From Callorhinchus milii (lineage: Eukaryota), in NCBI RefSeq assembly GCF_018977255.1, contig NW_024704742.1:48858001-48922000 (forward strand): 64,000 nucleotides of DNA, written 5' to 3'. The first letter of the stretch is position 1, and each line of letters opens with the position of its first letter. A program made the position numbers and the translations under genes. Under the pieces are notes generated by a model. The model worked only from the letters and a program-made list of their open reading frames with translations, had not been told where the DNA came from and ran no database searches. Below are positions 12,661 to 26,123 of the stretch, one piece after another.

Positions 12661-13098
12661 TCAGAACATGGTGCTTTTTACTAAAGTGGCTTTGGTGGCT
12701 CCGGGTCTCTGGAGGGAGGACAGGACACTGGCGAAGGGACCGCCTAACGAGTCGGGCACCGCGCTCACGCCGCCCGGGGCGGTCGCCCAGCCGGTGCTCG
12801 CCGCTCCCGCCGCCGCAGCCGCCGCCGCCGCCGCCGCAGCCGCCGCCGCCGCCGCCGCGGCCGCTTTGCCGGACTCCCCCACCGGCCCCCCGCCCGGCAC
12901 CCCCAGCAGGTTGCCCTGGGAGGACAGGCAGCCGCCGGGGCCCGTGCTGTCGGGGTCGGCCGGTTTGGCGTCTTTGCCCTCGTCCTCGGTCCGCGAGTCG
13001 GATTTCTTGGACGAGCCGCTGTTCTTGGCCGCCGCCGCAGCCGCCGCCGCCGCCCGCTCCTGTTTGCGGAACTTGGCGCGGCGGTTCTGGAACCAAAC
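12661..13098 (-). CDS. PHOX2B: PHOX2B coding exon 3 (438 nt including TGA): homeodomain helix 3, 9-Ala and 19-Ala tracts, C-terminus
   Basis: Acceptor cccgcag|[22 protein letters not shown]9-KN...GESGK-A19-...[31 protein letters not shown]. Total CDS is 867 nt = 288 aa. Confidence 0.97.
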   Translation of the reverse strand, partial: VWFQNRRAKFRKQERAAAAAAAAAKNSGSSKKSDSRTEDEGKDAKPADPDSTGPGGCLSSQGNLLGVPGGGPVGESGKAAAAAAAAAAAAAAAAAAAGAASTGWATAPGGVSAVPDSLGGPFASVLSSLQRPGATKATLVKSTMF

Positions 13099-13101
13099 CT
13101 G

Positions 13102-13470
13102 CGGGCGGGGGGGGGGTGAGGGGGTGAGGTGAGGGTGAGGGGGTGACGGTGAGGGGGTGGGTGGGGGTGAGGGGGGGTGAGGGGGTGAGGTGAGGGTGAG
13201 GGGGTGACGGGGGTGGGGGGTGGGGGTGAGTGGGTGGGTGGGGGTGAGGGGGTGGGGGTGAGGGGGAGGGGGTGAGGGTGAGGGGGTGAGGGGGTGGTTG
13301 GGGGTGAGGGGGTGGGTGAGGGTGAGGTGGTGGGTGGGGGTGAGGGGGTGGGTGAGGGTGAGGGGGTGGTGGGTGGGGGGTGAGGGGGTGAGGGTGAGGG
13401 GGTGGGGTGAGGGGGTGGTGGGTGGGGGTGAGGGGGTGGGTGGGGTGAGGGGGTGGGGGTGAGGGGGTGA
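13102..13470. repeat. G-rich (GGGGTGAG)-like array at the 3' end of PHOX2B intron 2
   Basis: Directly visible; abuts the exon 3 acceptor. Confidence 0.95.
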
Positions 13471-13739
13471 GACAGGCACAACATCACTGCCGCTGCCGTT
13501 GTTTCTGGTCGTCGTCCCGTTGCTATTTATTTGTTTATGCATTATTCTTCTTCTTATTCTTATTATGATTTATTGTTATTGTTATTGTTTAGTTATTGCG
13601 GGTTCGCGGTCCCCCGCGTCTCGCGGATGCGGTGCGCGGAGAGTTTAAGTGCATTGGGGGCGGACAGTGGGTTTTTCCGTCGGGGGGGGGAAAAAAAGGC
13701 CAGACGGGAAAGGGTTAAAGCGGTAAGACGAGGGGAAGG

Positions 13740-13845
13740 AAAGGAGAGAGGGAGAGAGGGAGAGGGGGAGAGGGGGAGAGAGGGAGAGGGGGAGAGAGGG
13801 AGAGAGGGAGAGGGGGAGAGAGGGAGAGAGGGAGAGGGGGGATTG
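13740..13845. repeat. GA-rich purine repeat (intron 2)
   Basis: GAGAGGGAGAGG-type tandem units. Confidence 0.9.
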
Positions 13846-14124
13846 GGGTGGGGGGGGGGTGCACCGCTGTGCGTGTGTTGGTGGATCAGGTTTGTTAGTA
13901 ATCATAATATATAAAAATCTTTGCATTTGATAGAGCGCCTTATCGCGTCGTCGGGACGTCTCAGAGCGCTTCACGGAATATGCTGCGGGGGGGGGGGGGT
14001 GGTGGCTGACTTCGGGCGAAGCAGAACAAGATCAGAAAGGGTTAAGGAGGCAGGAAAAGGGGAGAGAGAGGGGCTGAGCTGCCCGGGAATCACAGCCCTG
14101 GCTCTCAAACTGACCCGCCCGCTC

Positions 14125-14530
14125 ACAGCACAGCACAGCACAGGACAGGACAGCACAGGACAGGACAGGACAACACAGGACAGCACAACACAGGACAGGA
14201 CAGGACAACACAGGACAGGACAACACAGGACAGCACAACACAGGACAGGTCAACACAGGACAGGTCAACACAGGACAGCACAGCACAGGACAGCACAGCA
14301 CAGGACAGGACAGCACAACACAGGACAACACAACACAGGACAACACAACACAGGACAACACAACACAGGACAACACAACACAGGACAGGTCAACACAGGA
14401 CAGGTCAACACAGGACAGGTCAACACAGCACAGGACAGGACAACACAGCACAGGACAACACAGCACAAGGACAGGAAAACACAGGACAACACAGCACAGT
14501 ACAACACAACACAGCACAACACAGGACACA
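14125..14530. repeat. Compound pentamer microsatellite (ACAGG/ACAGC/ACAAC)n (intron 2)
   Basis: Directly visible. Confidence 0.95.
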
Positions 14531-14677
14531 CGTCTGAGAAGTTGGAAGATATGAAAAAAAAGGGGAAAATAAAATACGTGGCTTTTGCAGCGTAAATGTT
14601 GCTTTTGTTCACATGTCTTTCTTCCTGAACCATTTACAGCTGCGGAACCTGTACTCCGCGCTATGTCTGCTGTGCGG

Positions 14678-14770
14678 GGAGAGAGAGAGAGAGAGAGGGA
14701 GAGAGAGAGAGAGGGAGAGAGAGAGAGGGAGAGAGAGGGAGAGGGAGAGAGAGGGAGGGAGAGGGAGGGG
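14678..14770. repeat. (GA)n/GGGA repeat (intron 2)
   Basis: Directly visible. Confidence 0.9.
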
Positions 14771-15264
14771 GAGCTGCTGGTGTAAATAACCCAAGCGCTG
14801 TATGTGCTGTCAGAAAATGTTGGCCTCAATGGATCTTTGTCTTCATCGATTTTTATAGCAATAACGATTTTTGTACGTGGACGTATATTTCTGTCCATTT
14901 GTATATCACGACATATGTGTGTGTTGTTTTTTTTTAAAAAGAAAATTTGCATCAATATTGTGCGGCTGTGTAATATGTAGATGTTGCTTTCAATCTCAAA
15001 ATCAATCTCAAAATTTTGCCACAACGAGATTGGGTCTGTGTTGCGCTTCCTCCTCTGTACAGCGCTACAGGAGTGTATATAAAGGGAGAGAAGACTATTA
15101 AATGTAAATGCAGATGCCAGAATAGAGATAGATAGACATACAAGATGTTCCGATTGCAACAAGGCCTATATCTCGAGTCAGTGGCTGTGTGTGAAAAAAA
15201 TCTAAAGCGCCTTATTGACTGTGCAGTAGTTGGTGTGATGTACCTGCACTCCTGGTCCCACCTA

Positions 15265-15591
<327 letters not shown>

Positions 15592-16415
15592 TTAAACTTA
15601 AAAAAAAAATAACAAAACGCATTTTACAACGCTGATGCAGAGCAACGAGAAGACACCTGCGTGTGGAAAGGAAATCGAGAAATGTACTTTTTAAAACAGG
15701 TGCTCACAAAGCAATACCCCACCGCAGTGCTTAACGTTGTTGAATTCACATCAGCTACAGAGAAAACATTTGCAGTAAGATTGCACACCTTGCAGTGAGA
15801 TTAATTCGCTTTATAATTAGGATAATGAATAAATTAAGAATAAATGATTAAAAAGTTATCAACCTGTTAAAAAGCAATATCAAATATTAGCATCATATTC
15901 TTATCTAGAAATGCTTACCCCCAAAATGCAGGAAAATGCGTAGCACGAGATAAATAAAATTAGTTGCATTTGAATCGATTGATGCATTTTATTTTTATAT
16001 TTACTAAAAGGCAATGTATTTTTGTGCCAAATTGTTCCTAAATTGGCTTTCAAACTTTGGAGTCCTTCTAAAAGTTCATAGAAAGCTTTAAAATGATCAC
16101 AGCATTAAGTCCAAGACACTGTGTTTTAAAGACACTCTGGTAATGAGCTTTAGTCTTTGGTTATTTAATTACACCAGGACAGATTTTCTAAGCTTTACGT
16201 ATCATCGCAAAGTAAATAAATTATGCCTATCATTTTGGCAGCTTAAGATAATTTTGTTGGCGGTTCGGGTGTGACTAGTATAGTGTAACCCTATAACTGA
16301 ATTACCCATTGCCTGCAATCGCTTCTAACGTGATAAATTCTTTCATTTGTGTAAGCAAATTTCGTTTGGTAAATACTAAACACATTTCAATTTTCAAATG
16401 CAATCAACCTTCCTA

Positions 16416-17150
<735 letters not shown>

Positions 17151-17447
17151 TAAATAATGAAAGTTGGGTGACGATTTTCCCTGATCCAATTTCTCTGCGC
17201 TTTTAAAGCTTTTTTAAGCGATCAGAGCCCAGGCACAAATTGAGATATTTGGTGTTTTGGGGAAGGAAGCCCTCGGTGTCACGGTCCGCCTATTTTTTTT
17301 AAATAATGTTACACGCTCAATTTCACAACAAGTCTCCCCCCCGCTGTGCGTGAAATGTTATCGCGGGTGGACATTCGCTGGACGCGGGCTCTCGATGCAA
17401 AATAGAGAGCGTGAGTTAGTATAGAAAGAAAAACAAGGATTTTTTTT

Positions 17448-17478
<31 letters not shown>

Positions 17479-20400
17479 CCCCTGAACACACACCTGTCTG
17501 AGAATTGCGCAGGAAAGCCATTGCACGCGTTTTGCAATCGTGAGGATTGCACATTGTCGGATAAAAAGATTTCACTTCGGAACCGTAATGATTTTTTTTT
17601 ATCCCCCCACCCCCCCACCCCCCCAAAAAAAGATGTTGCGATCTCGTAAATAATACATGCAAAACAGTGATGCCCTATTTATGTTGCTCACTGTGAGGCT
17701 TTGCGGGATCCCGAAGGGGATGTTGTTTGCGGAAATATTTTCACTTCAATAAACACGACCGACACAAATAACGACTGGGTTGAAATAATGCATTTCACAA
17801 ATACTCGGATCCCGTCTATTTTGGACGAAAGCTTATTATTAACTATTGTGAATGTCATTTTTTAGAAAAAAACACACAATCACAATACAAAATGAGAGAA
17901 ACATGTTTTATTTTTGAAATGACGGGCAATCAGTGAACAGGAACACCAGCGAATTAAAACAGCGGCGATTCCCCTGGAAAGCGCACTTTTTTAAAAAAAA
18001 TTACGAAATTCAGTTTTACTTTATTTAACCCTATTTGTGCTTCCAGACTTGCGCGTCTCAGCTCTCACCTCTCCTCTGCAGTGTGCGTCTCTTGTGGTTT
18101 TTTTTGGGGGGTGGGGGGTGGGAAATGCGCTAATGCGAGGCAACAGTTGATGCGATTTTAAATCATTATAAAATTAGTGTAATTGCATCCACAAAAGCCT
18201 TCCCCGCGTTAAATACCAAGCGAAATGGAACCGTGTTATTCTCAATGCGGAGCGGAATATAAACTCGGCCTCGTTTGATATCTGCGATGCATCGCTTCTC
18301 AGTCGGTCTTTAAACGTGATAATCAGCTGCAAAACAAACTAACATTTGGTGCGAATAAACCATCGCCACAGATGGACTGACAACAAACGCTATGATTGTA
18401 AGATGCAGCGCCTAACCCTAAGATGGTTCGCCTTAATCAACAGAAGACTACAAAAAAAAAGAAGCAGGATTCAAGCGAAAAAAAATAACAAGCCAACGGT
18501 TTTACAATCCGTTTATTAATATCGTTTGCACAACAAGCAAACAAACATACAACGAATAACGCCCGAGCAGCTTCCGATCTGATTTATGATGTTGCGCCTC
18601 ATTTTCGAACAGTTTAACAGCAAGACTAGGAATCGTGAAAGAGAGAGGTTGTCGAGGGCTGTAGTTTTATTGATGATGGGCGATGTAATCTGTGTTGAGT
18701 TGTGGGTTTGATAAAGAAGGACTTTCTTTTGTGCTTTGTACACATTGTGTTTTTTTTGTTTACTGGGGAAATGAAAACAAAGTTACAGTGACGCTGGGAA
18801 ACAAATTGCACATTGCACTAAATTGCTTTCTCATCATCCGTCTCCAGCCAGACTACAGAGGCGAGGGGGGCATCAGTCTTCCATCTCTGTTCAGTCTCCA
18901 ACTTAAAGAGCTGCAGAGACGAATGTGAATCCGAGCATTATTGCAAGAATTTATCTTTATTTATTTGCGCTCTCATGAATATGAATGCAGTTCTCTCCCC
19001 CCCCCCCCACCCCACCACCACCCCACCTTTTCGACAGAGCAATAATAAACATCTACAACAAATGTGGAAACGATTTTGTTCAAGAAGACAAATCCCTTTA
19101 CTCCAGCTCTTCTTCAGTCGCTGCAATCTTAATGTCATAAACCGATCACACAATCAGCTTTTACTTTTCTCCCTTTTTTTCTCGCTCGCTGTTCGCTGTA
19201 ATTTAAACATTTAGGCAAAGAAGCTGACAGCGATACTGCCACAAACAGCAATATTTCACTCAGCCTTACGAAATGTTACTCAGCACTGGATGCTCGCGGA
19301 TTTATTAAAGGAGCCTCTGGCAATCGTGGGCGCGCGTGTTGAATGGACTGGTCCGGTACAGTTAGGTCCTGGTCAGTTTGGGCTTTCGTTCTCGTTTGAG
19401 AAACAAAAGATAGTGATTATTTGACGCTTGTCATCTCTCCCGTGCAACACCTCTGCATTGGTGTCTGTCCCCGGTTCAAAGTTAAAAGGTAAAACCGTTA
19501 TCAGCCTTCAGCCAGGCAATGGGAAACCAGAGGGCGATTTGGCTTTGCTTTATCACACACTGTGTGTTCAACACCGTTTCTGCACAGCCACCTGCACCTC
19601 TGGGCGCTCTCCTCTCACTCAGATCTACCAGTAGCATCAATTCGGTCGCTTCCGAATTGCACGGTTCCTGACTGCAAAATAACCAACACCAAACAACAAC
19701 AACAAAAAAACAACAACATGATTTATTTGATAAAAGCAAAGTTGAACAACTGCTAATTCTGAGCCGCGATCATCGACTTTAATTGGTGCGTAACGGCTCA
19801 GCACACGAAGTCGATGAGACAAGGAACATCCTATCGTGCGGCTGTACATTTGATCCGTCGAGAAGTCCACATCCTTCCCTCCCTCCCTCCCTCCCTCCCT
19901 CCCTCCCTCTCTCCCTCCCTCCCCGTTTCAGAACCTGACACACATCAGACAACAGGCAGAGAGAGAGAGAGAGAGAGATAGATAGAGAGATAGAGAGAGA
20001 GAGAGAGCAGAAAAGCAAACGCTATCTGGAATCGCTCTGTTGCGCAATCGGAGGCGTTGTCGCTTTCTTGCATTCGTGAGTTGGTTTTTGCAGCAAAGGG
20101 AGAAAAGAGAGAGAGAGAAAAAATCTTTTGTGGCGGCGTTTTATTGGGTTGTGAGATAAATGAGTGCGGCTGACAATCAGCGGCCGCTGGTGTTTTGTTC
20201 AGCTTGAGCTCCCCACGCGAGCTTCTGGCGACCCTACTCCGGCTGGAAAGTTGTACCAAATGGCTAATTCAATTACTGCAACTATAGACCAACTGCTCCA
20301 GCAGCCATCCACCACGCGTCTGGGGAGGAGAGGGGAAGACCGACCCCCCCCACCCACCCACCCATCCGATATAATCTAATAGAGAGCTGCAGACGGGAGC

Positions 20401-23152
20401 GACCCGCTTCCCACTCTAAACCGGGACCAATACAATTACAGGCGCAACAACAGGAGCCGGAGCCAGACTCTGAGCACTGTCTGTACTCTCACAACCAGAG
20501 CTCACACCCGTCGCTTCTATTGCTCGCCAGATGTGAATCGGCAAACGTCCTGGCTTTGCCGCTGCTTAAGTCGTTTGAGACCGTTGTTCTTTTCTCTCTC
20601 TCTCCCTTTTTTTTGGGTTACAAAAAAATAAATATCATTTTTTTTAGATATATATAAAAAAGGGTTAAAAATCGAGTCGTTTCACGTTCATTCTCTCGTC
20701 GAGTGCACACACACACACACAAAAAAAGCTGTCCCAGCGTGAGGTGAGGGTGTTGTTGCATTGGTAAATCAGCACTCACGATTTAAGGGGAAATGCATTT
20801 GAACTTTTTGAATGAGGAAGTGTGGTAATGAGAACGGTTCAGGGCTCATGTGACAAAACTTTAAGAGGGGGGGGGGGGGGGGGGGAGTGACAAGGGAAAA
20901 GCCTTCTTCCCATCGCGGGAGTGATTCGTAGGACAAGAGAGGGGATTTCTCTTTTTTTTTTGGTGGGGGGGGGGGAAAAAGGTTGGAATGTTGAAAGACA
21001 GCGAAACAAAACAATTCTCACAAAATGCCATTGTATCCGTGTTATGTGTGGACTGAGCGCGTCTTGTCAAAGCTTTGCACAGGCGTCTCACTTTAAGGAG
21101 ATGTTTCACTCCAGGCACACAACAAAACTTGGGACCAGCTATAAGGTTGCAAAGCCCGAAGTGAATGATTAGGAAAATCGTTTCATCCCCTTCGGTTAAA
21201 ACAGCTCACACAAAAAAATTTAAGTCGCAAAATGCGAAAGGAGGTCAATGCAACTGCATACGCCGTTTTATAATAATTTTATACCCAGTTGCGGTGATGT
21301 TATTGTTGATGAGAATCTTTTTTAATTCCCAACACTACAAACTGAGAAACTTTCTCGAAAATGTGTGTTGGGTTTAACAAGACTCAACCACTTCTCGTGT
21401 TAACCACAACAAACACACACAGGATGGCTTACAAATGAGTCAATATTTACATTTGATTGCAACAAACACGTCCTGTTTACAAAAATAAAGGGCAGGGAAT
21501 TGAGGCCACGACATAATGCGAGACAAATTGACTTTCAAAAAATGCAGGTTTTCTTTACAAAGGTTATGATATATACTATGTTAATATAAATGTATGTTTG
21601 CATATACATAAGTTAGGACAGATGAAAGAAATCCACTGATAGGATAGGCATGTTATACACACACACACACATATATATATCTATATCTATATATAAATGT
21701 CCATAAGCTCTCTGCCAGCTTCGTAGCAACTATAAGAGCAGGAACATCTGCTGAGCTTAAAGAAACAGAGCGTTTGAAGAGAGGCACAGATGTAAAGTGA
21801 CATCTGCCCATGACAAAAGAGGAAGAACGAAATTCAATTAGTGAGAGGCCTTTTGCCGGCTGCCATATCAAAAAAAAAGTGCCTAAACCTGTAAGAAGAA
21901 GGCGCACACTGGCAGCTACACCCGCTGCCTGCTCCCCATGCCATTCCTCCCTCTCTCTCTCTCTCTTTCTTCGGGTCAGTCTGTTACCTTCTTTAATCGG
22001 TTTCATTTATTTCACCGTCAACAGCAAGGCTTTGGACCTACTGAGCCCAAAGTAGCACACACAGGTCTGAAAGTGCACATCACTCACACCCATTATGGTT
22101 ATGATACTCTCAACGATAACAATTCGAGAAAAAAAAAGTCTCATCAGAGCCCATGACACACACACACACACACAGACACACAAGTCTTTTTTTTTTGGTC
22201 AGGGATGAAATTACATTAAAACAAAGCACCTGGTTCTCCCAAGTCGTGGCTTTTGAAATAATTGATTTAAAATAAAGAAACATCGATTACCATTACCCTC
22301 GTCACTTTTTTTTGATGGGGGGGGGGGGGGGGGGGGGTGAAGACTAACAACAGTTTTGCAAAGCATCACCTGCAGATTGCTTGTGTATTGTGCAATATTG
22401 TAGCTATTTTGTAAAGGAATTTGCTGGATGTTTGTCACATCTGTGGTTTAGTTTTCTCTCCCCCCCCCCACCTCCCCACCCCCACCACTACCCCCCTTTC
22501 CCCATTGTCCGCACCAAAGGGATTGTGTTTAATCGGACCATTTGCATCAGAGTCCCCTGTGACCAGGAGACAAGTGCTGCCCAGGAATTAGCATGGTAAT
22601 TTCATTCTGATGGATAAAATTAGCAAAGTTATTACCCGAAATGTAGGCCTGGCATTGGAGAGTCGCTGTGCTTAGAATCAATTACTAAATTACACTGAGC
22701 TTTTAGAAGACATTAACAGAAAAAAATTGCTATCGACCTTAGACGGAGAGATAAAAATCCGCGATCATTAAATCTCCCAGTACTAAACACGAATCTGATT
22801 CATAAGAAACTGCACAAATATGATGGAATTTAATTTTCAACGGAATCCGTTGTCAACATTTCATCTATTCTTACAGCGTTTTAGCATTGTCGTGCTCTTA
22901 CATGATTTTCAGTGCTTTAGAATTGAATCCGAGGTGGATGTTACATCCCTTTATCAATAAGATAAAGACATTAAGGTTCAAATGTCCATGCCTTTCAATT
23001 TAAAGCACATATACTGTGACAAAGTAGAGTACTGGCACACACTCGTCAAAGGCAGAAAACATGCCACATTAGAAAACAATCTTTCAATTATTCTGGTTTG
23101 ACGTTCAATATACAATAATTGTACCACTGGCTGCTGTACAAAGAGAGATGCT

Positions 23153-23189
<37 letters not shown>

Positions 23190-26123
23190 GCATCAACATA
23201 CTATATATACCCGTTATATATTTGCACTTTATTATCTTTATTACTATTATTATTATCTTTAATTCAAAATGCGGGCCCTCATTGGCAAGTTTAAATAGAC
23301 TGAATATAAATACCGCCTCCAACATGCTCCTTTCAAAATGTAGTCCTTATCTCGAAAATGAACTGTTGGTCAGCATTTGCAAGAGATGTTAAACATGAAT
23401 TAATGCATTATTTTGAGGACTCGGTTTGCACCTTTCTTTTGAAGGGTTTGGGTGAAACAAAGGCCTGGAATGTTATCTAAACAATAATAATAATAATGTT
23501 TGCATTTGGGATAGTGCCTTTCACGACGGAGGGACGTCCCAAAGCGCTTCACATGACATATTGTGTACATGTGGGCGATTCAGTCGAAACGTAGAATTTA
23601 CTCACAGGTTATTGACGTGGGTCGGTGCACCCACCTGAGTTGTTGAATGCATCAGTTAAGGCGTTTTTGTGCTGATACAAGTAGATTGCCAACAGTCACT
23701 ACATTTGATGTACTTACTGTGAAACACTTTGAGATCTGATACAATTCTATACAATGCGAAGGTCTTTCCTTCATGTTCTTTATATTTTTGTTGATTTTAT
23801 AAGTGCAGTACTTTCAACGCAGTGAACATACGTATGCATGTACACACAGGGTATTATGTATAATATAAGATTTAAAACTAAGATTCGGGAGTTTCAGAAT
23901 AAATACCAAACAGGGACATGGGGGACAAGGACAGCTAGACGAAATGATAGATATGATCGTGGGGGCTCTTTACGGCACTAAAGCTGTCAAATTGCCTTTG
24001 TATTAGTAATTGACATTATTATCAGTATTATACACATCACCTGTCAAATCGTTATTAAGCATCAATTGGAGTGCTGTTGGGGGAGTCTGGGTCAGGCTCA
24101 TTAACCAGCTTCTGTCCTGAGTTTTGCATGCACAACCCCTCGGGCAACCTGGCTGCTATAGAGCTGTACGGAGGCACACACAGAAAGGACATGCACAGAG
24201 CCCGGCCACATCCATTACTGCTCAACAACCAGCTATTGTTTATCCAGAGGTTCAGTGGAATTAACTGATTAGTGTCAACATTGCACAATGAGTTCCGCCT
24301 ACGATGGAGGAGCAAATGATAGTCACTTTTAATTCAGGCTCTGGGTTCTTACTGTACATCTTCGGCGCGGATTAAATGGGCGTGTAAACACATTACGACC
24401 ATGCAGTATTCCTTTTGTATGAGCGCCTAAACATAATTCTAAACGTATATCATTATATATATACATATATATATATATGTAGGTCCCAGAATGTGCACAA
24501 TTTGGAGTTAAGTCACACGAATTGCAGATATCAATTATTTTTGGGCGATACAGCCTTAATTTCCGCAATTTTTGTTAACAATGTTTTAGGTTTAGATTGC
24601 ATTGATATTTTATGTATACTCACAAACGTAAATACCCGCACAATATATATGTATTTTCATACCCGCATTACAGACGCAGCATCCGGATGAAGCAGTAATA
24701 CAGAAACATTCTGTTTGTGAGCTGGAGTTTCTACAGTGGCATTTTTGCCAGCTGTTCGTAACGTTATTTATTCATTAATTTGATATCTAAATAAAGCTGA
24801 AGGAGAGCCCGCGGAGGTTTGCATTCCCTGCTACACGCGTTTAACCCCGACCTACTGAGCTGCGTTTGCGATATTGCTGCACTCCCCCTCACATGCTACA
24901 GTTAACGGTGGAAACTGGGATTGAAGTATTGCAGGATATAATTCAGGAATATGTTTTATAGGCGATGGGGCAATACCAATGGAACAGCTAAGAACTACAG
25001 CAGTAGATCTACCAATTGAGAACCATCGCTAACAAAATCTAAAGAGTATTATCGCTGTTACTAACCTGCTGGTGTTAAAATAATATCAACGTTTTTGCAA
25101 TACAATAATAATAATAATTATTATTGTTAATACTAATAGAACGATCGCTGACATTATGAGAAACTGGGTTGGCCTCAGTATCTCAATTAGTATGTGTGAG
25201 TTTATTGAGGCAAAGATGATTCTGCACTGAAAACAGGTGTCTTTGCCAACAATGAGACGCCCGGGGATGGGGTTTTAAGCAAGAAGTTGAGTCTCAAAGT
25301 TGCCTTGTTCTAAAATACACACAGTCCAAATAATTAAATCATTAGGTTGTAAGAATGAACCCGACTGGGTGAACAAACTTCACATGGGTGAAAATAATTT
25401 CTCACCAGTGACAAGATGCCCAATAATCTTAATTGAATGATTTCAACACTAAGAATGGGATTGGAGGCTGTACAGCAGCAATATCACAAAGACGATTCCC
25501 ATTCACAGAAGCTAATTTAGTCCATAGCCACAATAGAACAAACACCGACTTTAGCTCTCGGACTCCAGTTGGCGAACTTTTGCCCTTTAGATTGCAGAAG
25601 TGATTTTGAGTGCACAGTGATGTCCCCAGGCCTGTGACATGTTCGAGTCACCTCTCTAACCCTCAGCTCAACACTTCTACAACCGCAACTACCATTAACA
25701 TATTAAATTTAACCGAATGGAGCCATTTTATTCTGTGCACATGGGACTGTAAAGAACTTTGTTTTCTATTTATATGTAAACCTGCTAAGAACAGCATCAG
25801 TGCTTTGTTTCAGCTAATTGCCCAAGTCCACTTTTCCTCTATTTCTGCATCATCTGACTTCACCATTACCTCGACCCCCACACAGCCCACACCCTCATCC
25901 TCACCAATGTCACTTCCAGACCACATTTCCAATATCTTGTTCACCGCCTTCACAGTTTCATTCCTAAACTGCAGACCATTTAAAAACTTTGCAGCTAGCC
26001 TCCTCTCCCACACAAGATTCCAAGACCAAAGGCTATGCCTTGGCCATACCCTACCTCTGCAATTTCCTGTGACTTTAACTTCTCCTACTGTTAACTTAAC
26101 TCCTTCCGCTCCATCATCATTGT

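Noticed and set aside
11438..13132. 564-aa plus-strand ORF antisense to exon 3 (and the 182, 317 and 135-aa ORFs)
   Set aside because: Product of the stop-poor G-rich repeat and the GC-rich antisense strand; no domain and mostly non-ATG starts.
13921..15162. 224-aa and 376-aa ORFs in intron 2
   Set aside because: Translations of pentamer and GA microsatellites.
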